Origin: Roseibacillus sp.
Lineage (GTDB): Bacteria > Verrucomicrobiota > Verrucomicrobiia > Verrucomicrobiales > Akkermansiaceae
Direction: 5' to 3'
Length of the DNA stretch: 64,000 nucleotides
Assembly (NCBI GenBank): GCA_051251855.1
Contig: JBPOGI010000005.1
Location: 224,001-288,000 of the forward strand
Part shown: positions 18,001 through 24,660 of the stretch, piece after piece
Layout: every line of letters starts with the position of its first letter
Position numbering within the stretch: the first letter of the stretch is position 1
Position numbers and translations under genes: made by a program
The notes under the pieces: generated by a model
Databases searched by the model: none
Seen by the model: the letters and a program-made list of their open reading frames with translations, nothing else
Told to the model about the DNA's origin: nothing

Positions 18001-19975
18001 CGGAATCTGAGTCCAAGTGGTCGGGGATTCCGTCACCGTCAAAGTCACCGGAACCTTCGCGGAAGTCTTCGATATTGTCGTTGTCGGAGTCGATGTCTTG
18101 GTAGCCGGGGATTCCGTCGCCATCAGGGTCGAGGTTGCTGTCATCAATATCCAAGATGCCGTCTCCGTCGGAGTCGAGGTCGAGGAAGTTGGGGAAGCCG
18201 TCTTGGTCGAAGTCAGCTTGTCCTTCGTATTCGTCGCTCAGACTGTCGTTGTCAGAGTCACGGTCAAAGAAGTTGGCGGAACCATCACCATCGGAATCGG
18301 TTGTGATGGGTGAGAAGGCAATGGCGTCGAGAGCGAAAGCGGTTTGCTGCAGGGTGGTTTTGACGCTGTAGATTTCCAGCTTGATCGTGGTGTCCGAACC
18401 GTTGCTGTATCCTGCGAAGAAGCGTTCCCATTCTCCGGGTGCTCCGCCTGTGATAGGAACTCCGAGAGAGATGCCGTTGACGCGAAAGTCGAGAGCGGGC
18501 TCAAGTCCTTCGATGGCGGAGGCGACTTCTGCAGAGAAGACATACTTCGCTTCAGGCGAGACTTCGATTTCTTGGCTCCAAACGAGTTCGTTGGCGGTGG
18601 GTCCGGTCCAAACGACCATCATGTTTCCTCCGTTATTGGCATCGCCAAAGTCAGGGAAGTTTGCGGTGGCGTCGTTCGCGTTTTCAGCGATTTCAAAAGC
18701 ACCTTCGGGCTGAGAGACACCTTCGTCCAGGTCGCTGAGGGTGCGGGTGTATTGAGTTTCAAAATTGAGGGGAGTTTTGTTGAAGTTACCATTAGAAATG
18801 AGGTTCTCGGCCTGGCCAACTGCAAAGGCTTCTTCGAAGTTCGAGATGCCGTCGCCGTCAGTATCGGAGTCGTCCCCGTCAGGAATACCGTCTTCATCAG
18901 AGTCAGTATCGAGATAGTTGGGGATGGAGTCGCCGTCCAAGTCGAGGGAACCTTCCACTGCATCAGCAACGCCATCGTTGTCGGAGTCGGTGTCGAGGTA
19001 GTCGGGGGTGGAGTCGGCGTCGGTGTTCTTTTCACCTTCAACAGCGTCGAGAATGCCATCACCGTCAGCGTCGAGGTCTTGGGAGTTTGCGAAGCCGTCG
19101 CCGTCGTTGTCGAAGAGCCCTTCAGTGATATCGAGGATGCCGTCGTTGTCAGAGTCACGATCGCGGTAGTTGGGGAGTCCATCATTGTCGAAGTCAGCGC
19201 TCCCTTCGTCTGCGTCAGAGATTCCGTCTGCGTCCGAGTCTTTGTCGAGGTAGTCGGCGATGCCGTCACCATCGGTGTCTACGGCGCTGTTCCAAAATTC
19301 ACCAGCAGGGACGAGGTAGCTTTCCACGCCACGGGACCAACCCCAGAATTCGGCGCGAATCTCAATGTAGGCGAGGTCAGAGAGAACCCGAGTGAGACGA
19401 GAGTCGCTAGTTTCGAAACTCTCGGGGGTAAGAGGAATCTGATACTGATAGATTTCGCGATACTGTTCCTGCAAAGGAAGGATCTCGAAGCCGCCATGCT
19501 TGAGGTTGGCTTCGACGCGTTCTCCGCTGCTCGAAACGAGTCGGACGTCAGCCGTTGAGGTTGAGGCCCAAGGGGAGCCGATTTCGCGACCGAGGTTCTG
19601 AACCCAAATTCCAAAGTTGAAGGAAGCACCTTTGGCGGAGCTTTGGTCACCGGTCCATTTGTTGAGGCGATAGTAGCCATATCCTGAGGAGTTGTCTTCG
19701 AAGGAAATAGCGGTGATTTGATCGTTCGCTCCAATAGCAGTCGGGGCGCTGAGGATTCCGCCGTTTGCGGTGACGACTCTTTCCTTGAGGTCGGATGCGC
19801 TAAGGACGAGGTCTTGAGAGGAATAGCTGACTGAAGGTTTTTCGAAGTGGTCCGAAAGACTGTCAGAGTCGCTATCCTGCCCGGAGACTGTGAGAATAGA
19901 ACCAACGAGAATGGCCGCGGTCTTGGAAGCGAACGGGCTTGAAGATGAGGGGGTGGTGAACGGTGATTGAAACAT
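15095..19975 (-). CDS. 1626-aa multidomain exoprotein with thrombospondin type-3 (DxDxDG) Ca-binding repeats; adhesin/matrix candidate
   Basis: Dozens of DxDNDGIPDYLDxDSD repeats separating a laminin-B-like N-terminal domain (RVLSDLAYIEIRAEF), a CBM-like domain (NLISNGNF), a YNAIGY..NYIYG propeller and C-terminal AFED..DNDFNDVI (DUF4114-like) domains. Confidence 0.8.
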   Translation of the reverse strand: MFQSPFTTPSSSSPFASKTAAILVGSILTVSGQDSDSDSLSDHFEKPSVSYSSQDLVLSASDLKERVVTANGGILSAPTAIGANDQITAISFEDNSSGYGYYRLNKWTGDQSSAKGASFNFGIWVQNLGREIGSPWASTSTADVRLVSSSGERVEANLKHGGFEILPLQEQYREIYQYQIPLTPESFETSDSRLTRVLSDLAYIEIRAEFWGWSRGVESYLVPAGEFWNSAVDTDGDGIADYLDKDSDADGISDADEGSADFDNDGLPNYRDRDSDNDGILDITEGLFDNDGDGFANSQDLDADGDGILDAVEGEKNTDADSTPDYLDTDSDNDGVADAVEGSLDLDGDSIPNYLDTDSDEDGIPDGDDSDTDGDGISNFEEAFAVGQAENLISNGNFNKTPLNFETQYTRTLSDLDEGVSQPEGAFEIAENANDATANFPDFGDANNGGNMMVVWTGPTANELVWSQEIEVSPEAKYVFSAEVASAIEGLEPALDFRVNGISLGVPITGGAPGEWERFFAGYSNGSDTTIKLEIYSVKTTLQQTAFALDAIAFSPITTDSDGDGSANFFDRDSDNDSLSDEYEGQADFDQDGFPNFLDLDSDGDGILDIDDSNLDPDGDGIPGYQDIDSDNDNIEDFREGSGDFDGDGIPDHLDSDSDNDGTPDAPGEDSDNDGLWNEEETLTADTDNDGTPDYLDIDSDNDGLLDSVEFFNDIDADGIPDYRDYQPNFTCSGYAFESYNAQTQLALVDVNAGVFVNLGNTDHGLNYNAIGYRGKNNYIYGLNRSENRPELLRIGSDGSVAKAGLISGLPNSYVAGTFAEDDLYWVSGGGRIYGIDVDGLVVVSEAKLSPKPRGAVIDLAYNKVDGILYGSTSRGDFIKIDRSTGATKILGNNGKTFGALICDFNGTVYGFDNKGTGAFRVNLTNGAVTWMASAPKTGINDGTICPDAILALDSDGDGINDEYDLDDDNDGVHDELEGSGYNPTGDEDNDGISNWTDSRDDGDNGDGSLTDYTDSNGDGIPDVFDIDQDGQANHVDSDADGDGLNDSEEQSGDFDQDGAPNFLDTDSDNDGVTDASDGLGDEDGDGNPNYLDAFDDRDEDNDGIPNGLEGTGDTDGDGTPDYLDTDSDDDGFSDAEEAGSDGTDPRDSDGDGILNFQDFDDDGDEIPTAIDPCPLCNLEDNFIEFDISNVDILSQYGVYPEFYQQARSIWNEVKYLLNCNTEGIPLEQEKRGFDEEKFYLQEDSEVFVTVIFDGAEYHNTLAYYDAEDPQGTWKPIWKNFATGPTAPLIPGSSVSLGILPAGSQLRFGLVMDGGNGGEKRIYQDSFLNPAGMEFSASNIELKEVDGDPIVLAFEDQLFAGRDNDFNDVIIMVEILPSSLGTSQFGLVADKEAVDSSSVHSILEQVGMNDPQYESTAELLYVPAGTNSVTFDLLSDDSAMEFSLAIYDYDEVSLWSPETLASRQVAGYLSELIFDNREAGAGKSITINPAALGLAGKNLGLMLIPNNTVDKFNSNPHRYTPRGAGDDLKRQPLFSLNNANPEAKDQFLIFSNEVSTLVCIEDYTRAAANEEAGANSTETFSGAQIRITPALVPMSFHNGAYREGSPDITSDWDGDDGYSDSQNGDY

Positions 19976-20040
19976 GGATACGGATTCTGTTTGTGAACGA
20001 GGGGTCCGATGGAGATCGGGCGTTCCTTCTTCTCCGTATT

Positions 20041-20056
20041 GGCAATCACCGTGCCA
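20041..20056 (-). promoter_or_regulatory. sigma54 -24/-12 promoter for the TSP3 exoprotein (and probably FG-GAP) genes
   Basis: Minus strand reads TGGCAC-GGTGA-TTGCC, ~65 nt upstream of ATG 19975. Confidence 0.88.
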
Positions 20057-20136
20057 GCGGGGTAAATATTTCTTTAACTCTCTTATAATCAGCAGTTAAA
20101 CGAGATGGGGGTCAGTTATAGAGAAAGCGGATTCCT

Positions 20137-20178
20137 GTAAGAAATACCGTCCCAGCGATATACTTTGGAACCCTTTAC
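20137..20178. promoter_or_regulatory. Candidate enhancer (UAS) pair for the sigma54 activator
   Basis: GTAAGAAATAC (20137) and GAACCCTTTAC (20168); AT-rich IHF-like TAACTCTCTTATAATCAGCAGTTA (20075-20098) lies between them and the promoter. Confidence 0.4.
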
Positions 20179-20205
20179 TGTCTTCTCTTGCCAGCTTGGC
20201 AGGAA

Positions 20206-22281
20206 TTATTGAGAAGAAAGGACGAGGGAAGTGAGCTTCTCGCGGACTTCGTTAGGTCGGAGGGGTTTGGCCAGATAGTCGGTCATTCCGGCCTCTAAAC
20301 AGGCTTCTTCGTCAGACTTGAGGGCGTTTGCGGTGACCGCAAGAATAGGAATCTCTCGATAGCTCTCGCCAGCCTCTCCCTTACGAATGAGTCGAGTGGC
20401 TTCGAGACCGTCCATTTCCGGCATTCTCATATCCATCATGATGAGGGCAAACTCGGAATTCTCTTTCAGCATTTCTAGCGCTTCACAGCCGTTGACGGCA
20501 ATCTGGCAGCGGCAGTTAAGACTTCTAACAATCAGAGCAGCCAGACGTGCGTTGATGGGATTGTCTTCCGCGATGAGAATAAGAGGGTTCTCATTGGCTT
20601 TTGCGGATGATTCTTTCTCTTCAAGAGGAGGTGAAACAGAGGGCGTAGGCTTTTCTCCAAGAACGAGGCTTCTCAGGGTCTTGAGAAGTTCGCGTTGGCG
20701 GAGGGGTTTGAAGAGAACTTTGGCGAAGCCTTCCTGATAGGCGCGCTCCTTGTCGCCCGTGAGACGGGACGAGGTGACCAGAACGAGAGGAGCCTGTGTG
20801 AATTCGCGGACGGCTCCTGCCAGTTCGATGCCGTCCATGCCAGGCATCATCATGTCGATGAGGAGGACGTGAAACTGTTCCTGACTGGCGAGTTGGAGAG
20901 CTTCGTCTCCTGTGGAAGCGTTGGAAACCGAGAATCCCCAATACTGAAGCCGCTTTCTTAAGAAGATGATGTTGTTTTCATTGTCGTCAACAATGAGTGC
21001 ATGTTTGGCGGCAAAGAGGGTGCTGGTGTCCTCCTCGGTATCGATGGCCTGGCCGGCTTGCAGGGGGAGGGAGAAGCGAAACTCGGCTCCTTGTCCTTCT
21101 TTGCTCGTTGCCTTGATTGTTCCCCCCATTCGTTCCACAAGGCTCCGACAAATCGCGAGACCTAATCCTGTCCCGCCGAACTTGCGGGTGGTCGAGGCGT
21201 CTTCTTGACTGAAGGGCTGGAAAAGATTTTCAGCGAGCGAAGGGTCGAACCCGACGCCCGTGTCTTTCACCGCAATCCAAATGGTTTCTTCGGTTAGCGA
21301 AACCAAAGTGGTGATGGTGCCTGTGGCGGTGAACTTGAGAGAATTGGAAATCAGATTCATCAGAACCTGACGAAGTCGAGTGACGTCGCCACTGAGAGAC
21401 TGCGGAATTTGAGGGTCGATTTCATAGAGCAGCTCGAGCCCCTTTGAGGAGGCGGTTTGAGCATGAAGGTCTAGCACCTCTTCTAGGCAGTCTCGGAGTT
21501 CGTAGTCGACTTCTTCGAGCTCGACCTTACCGCTCTCAATACGGGAAAAGTCGAGGATGTCGTTGATGATGTGGAGAAGGATGTCGCCGCTTCGTTGGAC
21601 CATCTCCAGGTTCTGCTTCTGCTCGGAAGTGAGATCGCTATTCAGGACAAGGTCGGTGAAGCCAATAATCCCGTTGAGCGGAGTTCTGATTTCGTGGCTC
21701 ATGGTGGCGAGAAAGAGAGATTTGGCCTCATTCGCCTTCTCTGCCTCTATGCGGGCGAGCTTGAGATCTTGGTAGGCTGCCTTTCGGGCTGAGATATCGC
21801 GAATGATGCCCTGTATGAGAAAGTCGTCGCCCACTTTGGCTCGGCTGCCCACGATTTCGGTGGGGAAGGTCGTGCCATCAGACCGAACGAGAAGTGCCTC
21901 GTATCGACAATAGCCGGTGTCTCGCACTTGATTGAAGGCGTTGCGAGCGATAGACCAGTCTTCCTTCGATACGATGCGAGCGACCCCTTTGCCCGAGAGT
22001 CTCTCCTTGGGGTAGCCGAGCATCTTTTCTGCGGTGTGGTTCATCTCCACGATTTGGCTTCGCTTATTGAGCAGGACGATGCCATCCATGGAGGCCTCAA
22101 AGATGGCCGTAAATCTTTGTTCTTGGACTTCTAAGCGAGAACCTTTCTCCGCGACTTGTTGTTCGAGGAGGTTGTTCGCTTCAAAGAGTTCAAGGCTTTT
22201 AACTTCTAACAGACGCTCCGCTTCTTTACGGGCGTTGCGCTCGCGTTCAAGACGCTTTTTCCATTTGTCGGCCTCGTCCAT
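20206..22281 (-). CDS. Cytoplasmic hybrid histidine kinase (coiled coil-PAS-HisKA-HATPase-REC-REC), H-NOX-associated
   Basis: ERERNARKEAERLLE coiled coil, PAS, FLATMSHEIRTPLNGIIG H-box, NLISNSLKFT, DTGVG, GGTGLGL, two receivers (LLIDMMMP, IMMDMRMP); no TM. Confidence 0.93.
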   Translation of the reverse strand: MDEADKWKKRLERERNARKEAERLLEVKSLELFEANNLLEQQVAEKGSRLEVQEQRFTAIFEASMDGIVLLNKRSQIVEMNHTAEKMLGYPKERLSGKGVARIVSKEDWSIARNAFNQVRDTGYCRYEALLVRSDGTTFPTEIVGSRAKVGDDFLIQGIIRDISARKAAYQDLKLARIEAEKANEAKSLFLATMSHEIRTPLNGIIGFTDLVLNSDLTSEQKQNLEMVQRSGDILLHIINDILDFSRIESGKVELEEVDYELRDCLEEVLDLHAQTASSKGLELLYEIDPQIPQSLSGDVTRLRQVLMNLISNSLKFTATGTITTLVSLTEETIWIAVKDTGVGFDPSLAENLFQPFSQEDASTTRKFGGTGLGLAICRSLVERMGGTIKATSKEGQGAEFRFSLPLQAGQAIDTEEDTSTLFAAKHALIVDDNENNIIFLRKRLQYWGFSVSNASTGDEALQLASQEQFHVLLIDMMMPGMDGIELAGAVREFTQAPLVLVTSSRLTGDKERAYQEGFAKVLFKPLRQRELLKTLRSLVLGEKPTPSVSPPLEEKESSAKANENPLILIAEDNPINARLAALIVRSLNCRCQIAVNGCEALEMLKENSEFALIMMDMRMPEMDGLEATRLIRKGEAGESYREIPILAVTANALKSDEEACLEAGMTDYLAKPLRPNEVREKLTSLVLSSQ

Positions 22282-22287
22282 GGCTTG

Positions 22288-22821
22288 CTACTGCAAGATG
22301 ATGTGAAAAAGTTCGCGCTCATCTGGGAGGGTTTCGCGAGTGATAGTGGCGCTTTCCTTGTAGTGGTCGGTAGCGCCCCGAATCAGGCCTTCGCAGAGGT
22401 CCTCAAAGTGGCGAGAAGATTCATAGGTCATCTTGAGCTCTTTGGGGCCGACTCGATCACATTCAAAGCGAGGGAGCTCGGCGTCAGGGTAGAGCTTGCG
22501 GACTTCGACGTGAATATGATGCTCGATGCTCTCGAACATATCAAGGGAGGTCGTGAGGCCTTCTCCAAATTGGGGGTAGGCTCCGATAAGGATCCCGAAA
22601 AGATGCTTTCCGAAGGCCTGTAGGAGAACGGGGACCTCGATTTCGGTCTCTTGGCTGAGGGTGACCACGAGATTGACAATCTCGGTGTGATCGTAGGTGC
22701 CTACTGCGGTGTAAATTCCTCCTGAGGGAAGGTCTGACTTTTCGATGAGAGTATCAACCATGTCGAAGCCGTGGGCTTCTTCCACCATTTCTAGAAAACT
22801 TGTAAAGACGACGCCTTTCAT
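22288..22821 (-). CDS. H-NOX (heme NO/oxygen binding) protein
   Basis: MKGVVF start, YTAVGTY, proximal His in IHVEVRKLYPDAELP, YxSxR motif (YESSR). Confidence 0.93.
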   Translation of the reverse strand: MKGVVFTSFLEMVEEAHGFDMVDTLIEKSDLPSGGIYTAVGTYDHTEIVNLVVTLSQETEIEVPVLLQAFGKHLFGILIGAYPQFGEGLTTSLDMFESIEHHIHVEVRKLYPDAELPRFECDRVGPKELKMTYESSRHFEDLCEGLIRGATDHYKESATITRETLPDERELFHIILQ

Positions 22822-22861
22822 AATGAGGTATTTGTATTTGTTGAGGAGAGGCTACGAGTCT

Positions 22862-24223
22862 CTACATGAGACCGTGCCGCTTGAGCTTGTTATAGACCGA
22901 CTTTTCGGTGATGCCAAGGCGGCGGGCTGTCTCGGCCTTGTTCCCATTACAAAGCCGGAGAGTCTGGGTGAGCGCTTCTTTTTCCAGTTGGGCGAGTGAG
23001 ATTCCGCCTAAGCCAGAGATGTTGAGGTCCGAATCTTCTTGGGACTGTCTTCTGACTTCGCGCGGGAGGTCTTTGGCTTCGATGCGGCCGTCGTCGCAGA
23101 AGGCTGCCGAGCGCTCGAGAATGTTCTCGAGTTGGCGCACGTTGCCTGGCCAGTCGTATTCGCGCAGAATTTGTAGAGCCTCGGCGGAGATGGTGAGTTT
23201 TTTCCGGTTTTGGCGCCCCGCGATTTTTCCGAGGAGAGCTTCGGTGAGATGGCTGATGCCATCGATGCGCTCGCGGAGAGGAGGGATTTCGATAGGGATG
23301 ACGCTGAGTCGGTAGTAGAGGTCCTCGCGAAACTCGCCATCGGCAATCTTTTGTTCGAAGTCGATATTGGTGGCGGCGATGATGCGGACATCGGCTTGTA
23401 AGATTTCTTCACCCCCAACGCGTTGAAATTCTCGGTCTTGCAGCACGTTGAGAAGCTTTGGCTGGAGGTCCATAGGGAGGTCTCCGATCTCGTCTAAGAA
23501 GAGAGTGCCGCCTTTGGCTGCCTCTATTTTTCCGATGCGTCGTTTCAGTGCTCCAGTGAAGGCGCCTTTCTCGTGACCAAAGAGTTCACTCTCTAACAAC
23601 TCTCGTGGCAGGGCTGGGCAGCTGACAGTAATGAAGGGTTTTTCGTGGCGAAGACTGTTGGAGTGGATTAAGCGAGCGAGCACTCCTTTACCGACTCCGC
23701 TTTCTCCAGTGAGGAGAACGGTGGAGTCGAGAGGAGCGATTTTCTCAGCCTGGCGAACCACTTCCTCCATCACTTGAGACTCAGCAACCATGGGGACTTG
23801 TGGGCCCAAGCCACCGATGGTTTCACGAAGACCCTCGTTTTCTCGCTCCGCACGACGCAAGCGCCGAGCATTGGCGAGAACGGCCATCAGTTCATCAGGG
23901 TCGAAAGGTTTGGTGAGGTAGTCGACGGCACCCAACTTCATGGCCCGGACGGCATCAGCCGCTTCGTCGGCGGCACTCAGCACCACGGCGGGGATGGAAG
24001 GGTAGTCTTTTGCCATGCGCTCCAGGCATCCAAAGCCATCGAGCTTGGGCATGTTCAGGTCGAGGAGGACGACTTCGGTCTCGTCATCGAGAAGCTTCAT
24101 CGCCTCCTCTCCGTCTTCAGCCTCCAAGACTTCGTATCCTTGTTTGTGGCCATGGATACCAATGATTCTCCGGATGACTTCGTCATCGTCGGCGACGATC
24201 AATTGGCTTTTCTTCTGACTCAT
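22862..24223 (-). CDS. sigma54-dependent response regulator (REC-AAA+-Fis HTH; NtrC/AtoC family)
   Basis: LLDLNMP receiver, GESGVGK Walker A, ESELFGHEKGAFTGA, LFLDEIG, WPGNVRQL, C-terminal HTH. Confidence 0.95.
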   Translation of the reverse strand: MSQKKSQLIVADDDEVIRRIIGIHGHKQGYEVLEAEDGEEAMKLLDDETEVVLLDLNMPKLDGFGCLERMAKDYPSIPAVVLSAADEAADAVRAMKLGAVDYLTKPFDPDELMAVLANARRLRRAERENEGLRETIGGLGPQVPMVAESQVMEEVVRQAEKIAPLDSTVLLTGESGVGKGVLARLIHSNSLRHEKPFITVSCPALPRELLESELFGHEKGAFTGALKRRIGKIEAAKGGTLFLDEIGDLPMDLQPKLLNVLQDREFQRVGGEEILQADVRIIAATNIDFEQKIADGEFREDLYYRLSVIPIEIPPLRERIDGISHLTEALLGKIAGRQNRKKLTISAEALQILREYDWPGNVRQLENILERSAAFCDDGRIEAKDLPREVRRQSQEDSDLNISGLGGISLAQLEKEALTQTLRLCNGNKAETARRLGITEKSVYNKLKRHGLM

Positions 24224-24366
24224 TGAAACTGTGGGGGTGAGCGCTAAAATAGATTGATATTCTGGATTGGTAAAGTTATTAAGAGGGCCATCTTACCCCC
24301 TTAACTGTTATCGAATCCTCTTCTTCCAAAATTGATACTGTCCAACTGAACGCAATATCCAATGGG

Positions 24367-24660
24367 ATGCCGGAAATGGTTTTGGAGATCTTGCAGGATT
24401 TTGGCTCCAGTTTCAGCGAGGAGTTAGCGAAACTGAGTGGCGATCCCTCAGCGGTAGAGGCATCCAATTGGCAAGACTTCTTTCATCGCGCTAAAGGTTC
24501 AGGCGGAACCCTCGGACTCGTTGTCCTTCAAGAGTTGTGTGCGAAGTTGGAAGCGAACGCTAAAGAAGGTCAGCTTCCCAGTGAAGACTCTTTGAAAGAG
24601 TTTGGAACTCTGTTGAAGGACTCTTGTGATGAGGCCGAGGCGTTCTTGAGTCAGTCCTAG
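24367..24660 (+). CDS. Stand-alone Hpt (histidine phosphotransfer) protein; true start may lie upstream
   Basis: FHRAKGSGGTLG (HxxKGxxxxxG) and LQELCAKLE; divergent from the sigma54 regulator; frame open back to 24283. Confidence 0.85.
   Translation: MPEMVLEILQDFGSSFSEELAKLSGDPSAVEASNWQDFFHRAKGSGGTLGLVVLQELCAKLEANAKEGQLPSEDSLKEFGTLLKDSCDEAEAFLSQS

Noticed and set aside
16460..19280. Repetitive GTCGTTGTCGGAGTC-like DNA that could suggest a CRISPR or tandem array
   Set aside because: It encodes the DxDxDG repeats of the TSP3 protein; no identical repeats with unique spacers and no cas genes
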